Assembly: GCA_965112735.1 (NCBI GenBank)
Contig: OZ218951.1
Location: 5,890,001-5,954,000, forward strand
DNA length: 64,000 bases
Direction of reading: 5' to 3'
From: Phaeosaccion multiseriatum
Lineage: Eukaryota > Protista > Ochrophyta, other classes
Position numbers and translations under genes: made by a program
Notes under the pieces: generated by a model
Seen by the model: only the letters and a program-made list of their open reading frames with translations
Databases searched by the model: none
What the model was told of the DNA's origin: nothing
Shown here: positions 35,901-48,546 of the stretch, piece after piece
How the letters are laid out: the number at the start of each line of letters is the position of its first letter
How positions within the stretch are numbered: position 1 is the first letter of the stretch

Positions 35901-38900
35901 TTCCCCTCCTGTAGTGCTGCCCCGGGTCTGTCGGTCAAACGCAGCACGTCCTTGACGCGCATGGTGGTGGTACGGTCGGCGTCGTCCCCGTCCTCGCCAG
36001 CGCTGCGAACAAGGGCCACGTACTCGCCCCCCGTGAGGAGCATCCCGAGCTGCTTCAGACAAACCCTCGTGAGCGCGTCCCTGTCCAATGTGTGTGTGTG
36101 TGTGGCCCTCCGCTCGCCACCCCGGCTCGCCGAGACTAGTACGGCCTTCAGCGCCTTCACCGCCGCCTTTCCGTCTTTACCCCTACCGTCTTGTCCGTCC
36201 GCCCCCTCTTCTTCTCCTCCTGCTGCTGGCCGTTGCAGTAGCTTCAAACTCAAATTCAGCTGTCGACCGGCCTTGTCGCAGGAGTGCTCGGCGTCCATAC
36301 CCGTACACACCCACGCTGCAAACATGGAATAGTTCACTCGCGCCGCTCCCCCTCCTCCTTCCGCTCCGAAGGCCTCCATGAGCACTTTCGCGTCCTTGCT
36401 GTTGAGCTTCATTCCGAGGCTTTCGCACGTCTTGCGGAAGGCCTTCTCGGGCAGGAAGGATGTGCGCTTGCTGAGGCCTGTGGCTTCCGCCTCGGCCTCG
36501 TGCATGGCCTCCGACACGAGCGCGTGGTGGGTGGTGCTGGTGCTGGTGCTGGTGCTGGTGCTGCCCATGTGACTGCCGCTGCTCTGCTTCATCTTCTTGG
36601 AGCGGGCAGAGGCGGCCTTGAGCAGCTGCGCCGACATCTGTGAGCGGGGGGGGGGGGAGGGGAGTGCGCCCATGCGTGCATATGTGAAAACGCCACAGAG
36701 AGAGATGGATAGAGGAAGAAGAACTTAGGGAGGGAGACAGGAGGAAAGGGATGTTCCGGGTCTGACGTGAATGTGTTCTCGCAAGGACGCATCCCCCCAC
36801 TCTGCCATCACGTGTGACTGACCCACCTGCCCCCAGAGCTTGTCCATCCCCTCGAGCTTGGCCGAGTGTGCCGCCACCAGCAGGCTGTGCAAGTCGCCCC
36901 AGCCAAAGCCGCCACCTGCTGTCAGGACCTTCTTTCTCTTCTTCTTCTTGTCGTGGTCCCTGTTGGGCTGCTCTCCGACCCAACCAGAGGTGGGAGGCGA
37001 AGCCGAGGCCCTGAGTCTCCACAGTAACGCCGCGTCTTGTGCCGTAAAGACGTTCCTCCTCCGCCCACCCTCGGCAGCGGCCCCGCCCTTCTGCAGCACC
37101 TTGAGGAGGTGGCTGCGGGTTTCCAGTTCGCCATCCTCGTCCGCCTCTGAGGCGAAGGCCTTGCTGAGCCTCCCCTTTTGCACCTCCACTGCGGCGAGCC
37201 GGGCCAGCTTCTTGCGGAGCGCGGAGGACGCTAACTGTTGTTGCTCCTGTAGCACCAGTCGCTTCTTCCGCTTGCCGTCTCCGGAGTCGCTACTGCCGCT
37301 GCCGTCACTACTGAAGTTGTCCTCGGTGGAATCCTCGTCCTCGTCTCCGCTGCTGCTACTGTCGCTACTGCCCCCTCTGCGGCGGCTTCCTTCTCGTCTC
37401 CGGCGGGAGGGCGACGAGGAGGGGGACTTGTTCTTACCGCGCGAGAAAGGGCTCCGCAGCCTGTCCAAAGCGCTCTTCTTCCTTCCTTTGCCCCCCCCCC
37501 CCCCCGCCCTATGGCGCCGAGAACTATCGCCGTGTGGGTCGTCGTCTTCGTCGCTGCGGGATGCATCACTGTCCCCGCCCGAGGAGGAAGAGGAGGAGGA
37601 GGGGACCCTCTTCCCCTTGTCCCTGCCCCTACCTCTGTCTCTGCTGCTGCCCGTCTGGACCAAGCGAAGCAGCTTGTCTACGCTCACCATGCCTCGCCCG
37701 TCCCCAACACTCCTCGACACCGCCCGCAGCTGCGACGTCGAAGGGGCGGGGAGACGAAACTTGACGCACACTTTGCTCAGATTGGGATCGCTCAGCACAG
37801 CCCTCTGTGACCCCCTGCCCTCTGCGTATCCCTCGAGGTACCTTCGGAGATCCGAGGGGGACTTTCTGTAACGCTCGAGAGCCCCCGCCAGGGCCTCTGC
37901 CAGCCGAAGCGCCACTTTCTTGTCCGTCTTGTCCTCTTCTGTCTCGCCCTCCTCCTCCCTTCCCCCTCTTATGTTTCTCGTGCTGCCCGTCCTGCGCGGA
38001 CTGCGACTGCCCCCACCGCGACCACTGCGACCACCGCCTCTGCCGTCGTCGGACAAGGATGCTTCCGAGGAGTGGCGTTCATGAGCGCCAGGGTCGGGCC
38101 TGCGCTGCTGACTCGAGCCGGAGGGGGAGAGTCTGCGAGGAGTATGCGTCGCCTCGGAGTCCCTCGGGCGCACCCACCGGGGCTCCACCCTCACCTCCAC
38201 GGCCCCGCTACCGCTGCACTTGACGTCGTACGAGCCATCGCGATGCACCACGCTCACGCGCCCACTCACCCACTCCTGGGCCCCTCTACTCCTCCCGCTG
38301 CGTCCTGACACCTGCACCTGCACCTTGTCTCCCACCTGGAAGTGCTCCTGCGGTAGCTCCACCTCCGACTCCCCTCCGCTCGCCTGCCCCTGTCGCCCCC
38401 GTCCACTGCCGTCCGCCTGGCTCCTGCTCGCCTTCCTCACCCACCTCTTGTCCATCCTCTCCTCCCTCTCGCCTGTCGCATCATAAGTAAGGTCTAGGGT
38501 CCCATCTCTGTGGATGCCCGACACCTTACCAGGTGTCCACCTTCCCCGGCCCCTTCGGTTGCCTTCCACACGATCGCCCAGCCGTAAAGGAACTTCCTCC
38601 TCCACTTCAGACACGACCGAATCATTTCGTGGGTGTCCTCGAGTCGGTTTCCCCCCCCCCCTACCATCCCCAGCCTTCTTCCTCACCATGTCCCTCTCCA
38701 TCGCTCGGTCCTCGTCACCATCGTCATAGCGTACGTGAAGCGTGCCGTCTCTGTTCTTTCGCATGACTGTACCCTTGTACCAGCGGCCCTTACCCTTGTA
38801 GTTGGCCTCCACAGGGTCACCTACGTCCAGCTCCGCCTCTGCCTCTGAGTCATCAGCGTATCGACTGCGCTGAGGAGACTTCGGCCGAGCAGCCGCTCCT

Positions 38901-41900
38901 CCCCTCTTCCTCACCATGTTCCTCTCCATCGCGCGGTCCTCGTCACCATCATCATAGCGTACATGAAGCGTGCCGTCTCTGTTCTTTCGCATGACTGTAC
39001 CCTTGTACCAGCGGCCCTTACCCTTGTAGTTGGCCTCCACAGGGTCACCTACGTCCAGCTCCGCCTCTGCCTCTGAGTCGTCCGCGTGACGAGACTTCGG
39101 CCGAGCAGCCGCTCCTCCCCTCTTCCTCACCATGTTCCTCTCCATCGCTCGGTCCTCGTCACCATCATCATAGCGTACGTGAAGCGTGCCGTCTCTGTTC
39201 TTTCGCATGACTGTACCCTTGTACCAGCGGCCCTTACCCTTGTAGTTGGCCTCCACAGGGTCACCTACGTCCAGCTCCGCCTCTGCCTCTGAGTCGTCCG
39301 CGTGACGAGACTTCGGCCGAGCAGCCGCTCCTCCCCTCTTCCTCACCATGTTCCTCTCCATCGCGCGGTCCTCGTCACCATCATCATAGCGTACATGAAG
39401 CGTGCCGTCTCTGTTCTTTCGCATGATTGTACCCTTGTACCAGCGGCCCTTGCCCTTGTAGTTGGCCTCCACAGGGTCACCTACGTCCAGCTCCGCCTCT
39501 GCCTCTGAGTCATCAACGTATCGACTGCGCTGAGGAGACTTCGGCCGAGCAGCCGCTCCTCCCCTCTTCCTCACCATGTCCCTCTCCATCGCGCGGTCCT
39601 CGTCACCATCATCGTAGCGTACGTGAAGCGTGCCGTCTCTGTTCTTTCGCATGACTGTACCCTTGTACCAGCGGCCCTTGCCCTTGTAGTTGGCCTCCAC
39701 AGGGTCACCTACGTCCAGCTCCGCCTCTGCCTCTGAGTCGTCCGCGTGACGAGACTTCGGCCGAGCAGCCGCTCCTCCCCTCTTCCTCACCATGCTCCTC
39801 TCCATCGCTCGGTCCTCGTCACCATCATCATAGCGTACGTGAAGCGTGCCGTCTCTGTTCTTTCGCATGACTGTACCCTTGTACCAGCGGCCCTTACCCT
39901 TGTAGTTGGCCTCCACAGGGTCACCTATGTCCAGCTCCGCCTCTGCCTCTGAGTCGTCCGCGTGACGAGACTTCGACCGAGCAGCCGCTCCTCCCCTCTT
40001 CCTCACCATGTTCCTCTCCATCGCTCGGTCCTCGTCACCATCATCATAGCGTACGTGAAGCGTGCCGTCTCTGTTCTTTCGCATGACTGTACCCTTGTAC
40101 CAGCGGCCCTTGCCCTTGTAGTTGGCCTCCACAGGGTCACCTACGTCCAGCTCCGCCTCTGCCTCTGAGTCGTCCGCGTGACGAGACTTCGGCCGAGCAG
40201 CCGCTCCTCCCCTCTTCCTCACCATGTTCCTCTCCATCGCGCGGTCCTCGTCACCATCATCGTAGCGTACGTGAAGCGTGCCGTCTCTGTTCTTTCGCAT
40301 GACTGTACCCTTGTACCAGCGGCCCTTGCCCTTGTAGTTGGCCTCCACAGGGTCACCTACGTCCAGCTCCGCCTCTGCCTCTGAGTCGTCCGCGTGACGA
40401 GACTTCGGCCGAGCAGCCGCTCCTCCCCTCTTCCTCACCATGCTCCTCTCCATCGCTCGGTCCTCGTCACCATCATCATAGCGTACATGAAGCGTGCCGT
40501 CTCTGTTCTTTCGCATGACTGTACCCTTGTACCAGCGGCCCTTGCCCTTGTAGTTGGCCTCCACAGGGTCACCTACGTCCAGCTCCGCCTCTGCCTCTGA
40601 GTCGTCCGCGTGACGAGACTTCGGCCGAGCAGCCGCTCCTCCCCTCTTCCTCACCATGTTCCTCTCCATCGCTCGGTCCTCGTCACCATCATCATAGCGT
40701 ACATAAAGCGTGCCGTCTCTGTTCTTTCGCATGATTGTACCCTTGTACCAGCGGCCCTTGCCCTTGTAGTTGGCCTCCACAGGGTCACCTACGTCCAGCT
40801 CCGCCTCTGCCTCTGAGTCATCAGCGTATCGACTGCGCTGAGGAGACTTCGGCCGAGCAGCCGCTCCTCCCCTCTTCCTCACCATGTCCCTCTCCATCGC
40901 TCGGTCCTCGTCACCATCATCATAGCGTACGTGAAGCGTGCCGTCTCTGTTCTTTCGCATGACTGTACCCTTGTACCAGCGGCCCTTACCCTTGTAGTTG
41001 GCCTCCACAGGGTCACCTACGTCCAGCTCCGCCTCTGCCTCTGAGTCGTCCGCGTGACGAGACTTCGGCCGAGCAGCCGCTCCTCCCCTCTTCCTCACCA
41101 TGTTCCTCTCCATCGCTCGGTCCTCGTCACCATCATCATAGCGTACATGAAGCGTGCCGTCTCTGTTCTTTCGCATGACTGTACCCTTGTACCAGCGGCC
41201 CTTGCCCTTGTAGTTGGCCTCCACAGGGTCACCTACGTCCAGCTCCGCCTCTGCCTCTGAGTCGTCCGCGTGACGAGACTTCGGCCGAGCAGCCGCTCCT
41301 CCCCTCTTCCTCACCATGTTCCTCTCCATCGCTCGGTCCTCGTCACCATCATCATAGCGTACATGAAGCGTGCCGTCTCTGTTCTTTCGCATGACTGTAC
41401 CCTTGTACCAGCGGCCCTTACCCTTGTAGTTGGCCTCCACAGGGTCACCTACGTCCAGCTCCGCCTCTGCCTCTGAGTCATCAGCGTATCGACTGCGCTG
41501 AGGAGACTTCGGCCGAGCAGCCGCTCCTCCCCTCTTCCTTACCATGTTCCTCTCCATCGCGCGGTCCTCGTCACCATCATCGTAGCGTACATGAAGCGTG
41601 CCGTCTCTGTTCTTTCGCATGACTGTACCCTTGTACCAGCGGCCCTTGCCCTTGTAGTTGGCCTCCACAGGGTCACCTACGTCCAGCTCCGCCTCTGCCT
41701 CTGAGTCGTCCGCGTGACGAGACTTCGGCCGAGCAGCCGCTCCTCCCCTCTTCCTCACCATGTTCCTCTCCATCGCTCGGTCCTCGTCACCATCATCATA
41801 GCATACATGAAGCGTGCCGTCTCTGTTCTTTCGCATGACTGTACCCTTGTACCAGCGGCCCTTACCCTTGTAGTTGGCCTCCACAGGGTCACCTGCGTCC

Positions 41901-44701
41901 AGCTCCGCCTCTGCCTCTGAGTCATCAGCGTATCGACTGCGCTGAGGAGACTTCGGCCGAGCAGCCGCTCCTCCCCTCTTCCTCACCATGTCCCTCTCCA
42001 TCGCGCGGTCCTCGTCACCATCATCGTAGCGTACATGAAGCGTGCCGTCTCTGTTCTTTCGCATGACTGTACCCTTGTACCAGCGGCCCTTGCCCTTGTA
42101 GTTGGCCTCCACAGGGTCACCTACGTCCAGCTCCGCCTCTGCCTCTGAGTCATCAGCGTATCGACTGCGCTGAGGAGACTTCGGCCGAGCAGCCGCTCCT
42201 CCCCTCTTCCTCACCATGTCCCTCTCCATCGCTCGGTCCTCGTCACCATCGTCATAGCGTACGTGAAGCGTGCCGTCTCTGTTCTTTCGCATGACTGTAC
42301 CCTTATACCAGCGGCCCTTGCCCTTGTAGTTGGCCTCCACAGGGTCACCTACGTCCAGCTCCGCCTCTGCCTCTGAGTCATCAGCGTATCGACTGCGCTG
42401 AGGAGACTTCGGCCGAGCAGCCGCTCCTCCCCTCTTCCTCACCATGTCCCTCTCCATCGCGCGGTCCTCGTCACCATCATCATAGCGTACATGAAGCGTG
42501 CCGTCTCTGTTCTTTCGCATGACTGTACCCTTGTACCAGCGGCCCTTGCCCTTGTAGTTGGCCTCCACAGGGTCACCTACGTCCAGCTCCGCCTCTGCCT
42601 CTGAGTCGTCTCGTGTCCTTACTGATGAAGGCCGAACAGGGCCTCTGCCCACGCTCCTCATGCACGCGGGTCGGACGCTCTCCTCGCGTTCGCCGTCGTC
42701 ATACGCAATGTCGTAGGTGCCATTTCGGTTGGCCCTGGCGACTTTGCCGGAGTACCACTTGCTGTGACCCCTGTACCTAGCCTCCACCTTCTGCCCCACA
42801 CGGAAGGTGTCTCCGCCGCCACCCAAGTCGGATGAGGCCGCGGATTGCAGAGAGTCACAACTGGCGGCACCGGCCGAGCCCTCCATGCCTAAAGGGGGGT
42901 ATGAGGAGGATGAGGGGATTAGGAGGCGAAGATGGAGCATTGGGGACGGGTGTTGTTGCTAGGCTTCGGCGACGACAAAGGTGCAGAATGGTGTATGGTG
43001 GCGGAGGGCATGCAAGGGCGAGGATGGGCAGGCGAAGAACACCAAATGGACAGTAGCATAGCATGGTACCAAATGGACAGTAGCATAGCATGGTACCAAA
43101 TGGACAGTAGCATAGCATGGTACCAAATGGACAGTAGCATAGCATGGTACCAAATGGACAGTAGCATAGCATGGTACCAAATGGGCAGTAGCATGGTGGA
43201 CAGTAGCATGGTGGCTTCGCCAATGCGCATACATACCACACCCATACCGCCCAGGCCATCTTCAGGACAGAGGCATGTCCTGACACCCCTTACCCACCTG
43301 AGATGACCCTTCTCCCCGGCGACTTGGGCTTCTCGGGGCCCAACAAGCTCCCTGAGCTGGACGTGCCATTGAGAGCCCTCATGAGGCCCGCTGACACGCC
43401 CCTCTCGGCCTCTCCGTCGTCGTAGATAATGTCATACGTCCCGTCTCGGTTCTTATCGGAAACCTTTCCCTTGTACCAACGGGATCGGCCCCGATACTGC
43501 GCCTCGATGGCGTCTCCCACCCGGAAGTGCCCAAGGCGCACTATGTCGGCGTCTGAATCGTCTGTTGTCGCCGCTGACCGCCCGTCCCCGCCCGCGGCCC
43601 GAATGTTGCTGGGCTTAACTCCCCTCTCCTCTTCTCCGTCGTCATATCGAATGGTATAGTCTCCGAATCTGTCTGGGCGGTCAGCTATCCTGCCCGGGAG
43701 CCACCTGCCCCGGCCTTTGTACTTGGCCTCGACCTTCTGCCCCACTCGAAAGCTCTCACTCGCCCCTCCCCCACCCCTGGGCTCGCTGCTAACATGCATC
43801 CGAGTGGAGAGAAGCAGCAGCCAAGGCAAGTCCAGTCAGGTCAAGTCAACAGCATATCGGCAGGAGGAGGCCAGCAGAGAGGCGGGTTGGGGTAGGGGAG
43901 GGGAAGGGGGTAGGGGCGGGCGGAGACACATGAGGGACCGAGCGGAGGGGAAGCGGCTGGACTAACGCTTGGTGTCAGGATGGATGGACTCACGCTTTGC
44001 TGCCGGGGCTGTCGCGATCCCTGAACGAGCTCTTGGGGGGTGCGGCTCTGTAGCTGCCCGAGTCATCAGCCGCCGCCCTGCCGCTCGACCCCCTTCGGAG
44101 CCCGCCCGTGGGGCTGGTGCTGAGCCCTCTCCCGCGAGGGCTGTCCTCAAGGGTCCTGGAGCCGGGGCGAGGGCGCGAAGGAGAGGGGGCTTTGGCGTCG
44201 ATGCTTCCCGCCCTTTGGCGGTTGGCGGCAAGAACAGGCGAAAGGGGGGGGGGGGGGGAGAGGGAGGAGAGAGGGACATGGTCAGGGTGCCAGGTCCTAT
44301 CTACGGGCAGTCTCAACACCAAAGCCGAAAGGCAGATAGCTCACAGGGGGGGACGGGGAATGGCGCCATCTTAGACTGCTCCTGTTGGAGATGGAGATGG
44401 GGGGAAGGAAGGATAGGCGGGGGAGAATGCCCCATGGCCTACCAAGCCTGCCCGCCCCGTTCCCACCCGTCTCTCCCCTCCCCTGATAGAATCCTAGCCC
44501 GCTGCCTTGTACACGCAAAAAAAAGGCATTTCCCGCCTGACTGGCGTACCTCGGGGGACGTCCTCTCGCGGAGCTTGGCCCTGCCGCCTTGGCCTCGGCT
44601 CCGGCGCTGGAGGCGGCCGCGCGGAAGCGAGACATGGGTCTGGGTCTGCCCCCAGACCGACTGCTGGGGCCCATATCGAACTCCAATACATCACCCCCCA
44701 T
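26401..44701 (-). CDS. NPHP1: Giant nephrocystin-1-like protein: 23 Tudor/Agenet-like repeats, multiple EF-hands and the NPHP1 C-terminal domain (~20 exons)
   Basis: The C-terminal exons match the NPHP1 domain as recalled: GMP.NYR.SVL...LLQP...L.LADL; [11 protein letters not shown]; FLGN...WTF; LLELT; [11 protein letters not shown]; LHGGTPF; LP..I; YR; [16 protein letters not shown]; [10 protein letters not shown]-hands include [47 protein letters not shown]|VEWVEF and DSDDSGTL. Same-strand exons form an unbroken chain; the single-transcript model is inferred. Confidence 0.72.
28902..29487. repeat. Intronic 21-bp minisatellite (~22 copies) followed by (CAGT)n
   Basis: Unit TGGTGTCAGACAGGCAGTCAT spans 28902-~29370; (CAGT)n spans ~29395-29487. 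Confidence 0.95.
30058..30197. repeat. Intronic 36-bp tandem repeat (~4 copies)
   Basis: Unit GGATGATGGATCAACAATAAAAGCATCTGTCTGCAG. Confidence 0.9.
33906..34153. repeat. Intronic ~53-bp tandem repeat (~4.5 copies) built from GTCAAGC subunits
   Basis: GTCAAGCGGATGTCAAGCATTAGAAGTCAAGCCTTCAAGGTTAAGCATTAGAG-like units start near 33906, 33959, 34012 and 34065. Confidence 0.85.
38680..42610 (-). repeat. Coding tandem array of 18 near-identical Tudor-like units (216 or 228 bp)
   Basis: The marker ACAGGGTCACCT occurs at 38811, 39039, 39255 ... 42339, 42567. The unit is [46 protein letters not shown] with short (SRHADD) or long ([10 protein letters not shown]) linkers. Confidence 0.97.
43042..43210. 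repeat. Intronic 27-bp tandem repeat (5 full copies plus a degenerate tail)
   Basis: Unit CCAAATGGACAGTAGCATAGCATGGTA. Confidence 0.95.
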
Positions 44702-45063
44702 GGTGACCACTGCCCACCACTCTACCCTCCGATGCTTGCTGTCTGTCCTACGAGCTGCTCCTCATTTACCCACCCTCGTGTCTCCCTTCCCTCTTCTGTT
44801 TCTCCTGGGCACTGTACGTCTCTTCCTCTTGCACCAGGCTTAGTCTGTGATCTAGAGACGCCCCTTGTAGCTCCCTAGGAAGCTCTCCCCCCACTATCAC
44901 CCGTTACAACTTGTACACGATTTCCGGATTTGCAGATGGCACCAGATGGCTGCCTTTAATTGCACCAGACACTTGTAAAAAACATGCGAGGCTGTCTGTC
45001 AGGAGAAGGGCTGCTTGTCGTCTTCACTGAGACAGAGTAACAGCGACTGGAAGAATTACACCT

Positions 45064-45597
45064 ATGGGAGGGGGGGTGAGGAGAAAGATCGGAGTGTGTG
45101 GGTTAGTGCTTTCGCTGCTCTTGCTTCCGCTACTGGTGACCAGCGGCTCCCCGAGTGTCTCTGTCTCGGTAGGGAAGGCCTCTATTCGGAGCGGCGGGCA
45201 GAGCCTTACAGAGCAGCAACAGCCGCAGCAGATGCCGGAGGACAAGGAGGAGGTGGACATGGAGACAGAGGAACCTTTGCTGGCTCTACCAGACCGACCG
45301 TCCTCGGATGACGACGCGCCAGGGCGTAAGCTCGAGCTAGGCAAGACGCTTGACTTCGAAAATCTTGGGCCTATCATCATCAATTCCGATGGATCAACCT
45401 CTCGGATCGCGAACTGGAGCGCGCTCAGCGAAACGGAGCAGCAGAGCACATGGAAGGTAATCGCGAAGAGGAACGAGAAGAGGAGGGCAGCGTTGTTGGA
45501 ACAGCAGCAGCAGGAGGAGGAAGAGGGTGGGAAGGACGCGACGGAGGGCTCCTCCCCAGATGAAAGAGGGTCGGGGGATACTGAGGCAGATTTATGA
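45064..45597 (+). CDS. Uncharacterised protein with an N-terminal hydrophobic signal and a conserved LGPIIIN.DG..SRI.NW...KRN domain
   Basis: Single-exon 177-aa ORF. The same domain recurs at ~53000-53280 (GPIIINEDGTTSAIANW...ISKRNAKRR). Confidence 0.8.
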   Translation: MGGGVRRKIGVCGLVLSLLLLPLLVTSGSPSVSVSVGKASIRSGGQSLTEQQQPQQMPEDKEEVDMETEEPLLALPDRPSSDDDAPGRKLELGKTLDFENLGPIIINSDGSTSRIANWSALSETEQQSTWKVIAKRNEKRRAALLEQQQQEEEEGGKDATEGSSPDERGSGDTEADL

Positions 45598-46289
45598 CTC
45601 GCTACCTTCCTTCGGAGCTTGTGTGCGGGGGAGACGTCTTGTTGACCTCCTGTGCTTGTCAACAGCCGGAATTGGAAACTCGGATAGCGCCGTCGGTTTG
45701 AGTACAATAGAATTGGGGTCAGGGAATATATTTGACGGCCAGGAAGAGGAGGAGCGGGGCGAGTGGAGGTTGCGTTGTCTCCTTTGGGCTTTCTGGGTGC
45801 TCTCGGCGACGCAGCTGAGAGGGCCGGATTGAAGAGTGCTAATGCATCTCAGCACCAGTGACATGGCCTTAAGCTGGGCTGCCCCACGCAGCAGCGAAGC
45901 AACGAGACGGAGGGTGCTGAGCTGTCTGCTGGCTTGTTGCTTTGAACGTCAGCGACGAGAAGCAGATTGATGCTGCAGCAAGTGCGGTGCGGCGCCGCCG
46001 TGCACGACATCGGTAGGGACAGGGGAAAGGTCTTGACTATGCCGCTAGCGGGGGCGCAAGATCTGAGCGAGGGCTCTGGGGATGGGAGATGGAGGTCGAT
46101 GGGGGGGGTTGGCACCTTCCATGCGCTTCTCTCCGCACACACACAATGCCTTTTCTATTAGGAAGTGTTACGTAATGGAACGGGGTAATTTGGCGCCACA
46201 CGCGCGCTCACATAGACCAGTTGTCAAGCCAAGTAGGACAAGACCATAAGGTCACCTCAAACGAAGGCCAGGGAGGCATCTGCGCCGCC

Positions 46290-46620
46290 CCCAGAAGGGT
46301 GCCCCTAAGACAGAGACTGGTGACCCGAACAAGAGCCACAGAGAGAGATGCGGGCACGAAGCCTGCCGGTGATGGTGCTTAGGGGTTGATCCGCAGAGCC
46401 ACGGCGTCGGTGGAAGTGGCGGGCTAGTTGGGGAATGAAGTGGCGGGCTAGTTGGGGAATGAAGGATGGAAGTGTTGGCCCGGTCACCCATGGCCCCGTT
46501 AGTCGCGAAGATCAAGGGGGTGAAGGAAGCGCGCATAGCCAGGTAAGCCTGCTCGTACTTGGCAGTCTTGGATCGTTCAGCCGTACGGAGGATAGAGGCG
46601 GCGCTTAGGTTGGCCTGACC
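46290..46620 (-). mobile_element. Degenerate 3' fragment of a non-LTR retrotransposon (restriction-like endonuclease clade, CRE-like)
   Basis: AERSKTAKYEQAYLAMRASFTPLIFATNGAMG followed, after frameshifts, by LSTITGRLRARISL / ALVRVTSLCLRG resembles the C-terminal E..K..KY...F.P.....G..G ... LR.R.S....R....C.RG region. It is interrupted by a 24-bp duplication and flanked by a 22-bp tandem repeat (~46640-46745). Confidence 0.6.
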
Positions 46621-47190
46621 ATCCTGCAGGCACCAGCTTCTTGGGTCTGCAGCTGAGCCCCGTGGGGTCTGCAGCTGGTCCTTGTTGGTTCTGCAGCTGA
46701 GCCTTGTTGGGTCTGCAGCTGAGCCTTGTTGGGTCTGTCGCTCAGCTCTCCACTGCAAAAATTGGTTGAATTGTAGTCTGTGGACACTGCAGCTGTATGC
46801 TGTCCTCTAGTTTAGTATACTAACTTCGAGCACGTGTGCTGTAAAGTAAACTGTCCCTTCCCCCCAAAAGTAAAGCCTCTTCTACCCCAAAAATGGCCAC
46901 CCAAGAGCAATCGCTAAAGAGCAGTCGCTACCCCCTCGCACCGGACGAGGGCCGTAGCGATCTTCTCTCCTGCCCCCTCTCCCAAGCCTATGCTGCCATA
47001 TCCCTCTCCCTCCACTGCCATATTCCCTCTCCCTCCACCCTCCACCCTCTACGCTCTACACTCTACCCTGAAACGCTACTTTCTCACCCCTCCATGGAAA
47101 AAATCTTACAGTACAGAGCTTTCTCCTCACACTCTGCCCACTTCCCCCGGGCGGCCCCTCCCTTCAGGAGCGAGCCCACCTGCCAGTCAG

Positions 47191-47255
47191 TGGTGTCAGT
47201 ACCTGGTGTCAGTACCTGGTGTCAGTACCTGGTGTCAGTACCTGGTGTCAGTACC
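47191..47255. repeat. 13-bp tandem repeat, 5 copies
   Basis: TGGTGTCAGTACC at 47191, 47204, 47217, 47230 and 47243. Confidence 0.95.
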
Positions 47256-48546
47256 CAGACCCCTTGCCCCACCAGCCCCAGCCTGTTCGCTTCGGTCCGA
47301 ATGACTCGCGCGGCGGGTCGGGCTCGAACTCCTTTCCAAAGGCGTCCACAGCAACGACGGACACATCCGATGCCACGGAAGCGGTGGGGGCCCGAGGAGG
47401 GGTAGCGGCGTGGGCCCCGAGGGAATACTCCGGTGAGAATGACGAGTATCCCGACTCGAGCTGGTTGAAGGGCATCGTCTCGTGATTGCCAGTCACGCCG
47501 TCCCGGAAATCTGATCGATGGATGGGAATGTAGTGCGGCCCTCCTCCTCTTTTCCCTTCTCTTCCTCTTCCTCCTCCTCGCTGTCCTCCTCTTCCGCCTC
47601 TTCCGCAGCAGCAGCAGCAGCAACACCACAGCGAGCACAAGAAGTGGACGAGGCGGCACACGAAGCTCACACAGACGATGATCAGCACGAGCATCATCAC
47701 CATGCCCGTGGCAGTCAAGCCTTCATGGTGGTGCCGCTGCTGCTGCTGCTGCTGCTGCTGCTGTCCTTCCTGCTGTTGCTGTTGCTGCTGCTGCTGGTCC
47801 TGGTGGCTGCCGGCGAGGGGGGGAATCATGGTGCCAATAATCCACTGCAGCGGGATGACGATGTGGTGAAGGGTGCGTAGCTCAGCCCACATGAGCACCT
47901 GGCGGACCGGCCAGTAGAACAGAAGCACGGCCAAGGTGCTCATCGCCGTCTTGACAATCAAAGACATTGCGTGGTCGCAGAAAGTGAGCGGCGATGAGGG
48001 GAGGTTGTGGAGGGTGTAGCCCGCCCCCCCACCCTCTCCTTGTCGCCCATGGAAGTCGTAACGCGACTCGGAGGGTTCAGATGCGCGTTTGCGGCACATT
48101 CTCTTCTGCGGGAAGCTGAAGATGGCAAGTACGTAGAGGAGAAGGAGGATGAAGTTCACGGCATCCAGGAAGCCCAGCGTATTGGGGCCCTCCCGTCGCG
48201 CCATCGTATCCAAGCTGTGGTTGTTCCGCCTCCTCTCCTCCATCCACCAGCTCCATAGACTCCCCGACAGAGCGAGAAGCCTCATTGCAGACAACGCACC
48301 AGAGCCGCTCGAGAAGGGACAGGGCCGCTCGAGAAGGGACGCTTCCGCCCCTGCTGCTTTGTAAAAGCGAGGGAGAGAGAGAGTGAGAGAGAGAGAAATA
48401 AATTGGGAGAGCGGGAGGGGCACAGATGGGGGTGAGGGGGGGACGAGCGAGCAGAGCAATCGCCTCGCGTGTGTAGTTGTTTTTCCGCCCCAAGTTGAAG
48501 GCGACTTGCGATTGACACTCCACATCCAATAGTCACAGGTTGGCAT
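47248..48546 (-). CDS. Hypothetical multi-pass membrane protein (start uncertain)
   Basis: 432-aa ORF with 3-4 hydrophobic segments (FILLLLYVLAIFSF; LAVLLFYW; MVMMLVLIIVCVSFVC), poly-Q and poly-C tracts. Confidence 0.5.
   Translation of the reverse strand: MPTCDYWMWSVNRKSPSTWGGKTTTHARRLLCSLVPPSPPSVPLPLSQFISLSLTLSLPRFYKAAGAEASLLERPCPFSSGSGALSAMRLLALSGSLWSWWMEERRRNNHSLDTMARREGPNTLGFLDAVNFILLLLYVLAIFSFPQKRMCRKRASEPSESRYDFHGRQGEGGGAGYTLHNLPSSPLTFCDHAMSLIVKTAMSTLAVLLFYWPVRQVLMWAELRTLHHIVIPLQWIIGTMIPPLAGSHQDQQQQQQQQQEGQQQQQQQQQRHHHEGLTATGMVMMLVLIIVCVSFVCRLVHFLCSLWCCCCCCCGRGGRGGQRGGGRGREGKRGGGPHYIPIHRSDFRDGVTGNHETMPFNQLESGYSSFSPEYSLGAHAATPPRAPTASVASDVSVVAVDAFGKEFEPDPPRESFGPKRTGWGWWGKGSGY

Noticed and set aside
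38633-41920. Repeated 68-75 aa plus-strand ORFs
   Set aside because: They are antisense shadows of the Tudor-like array.
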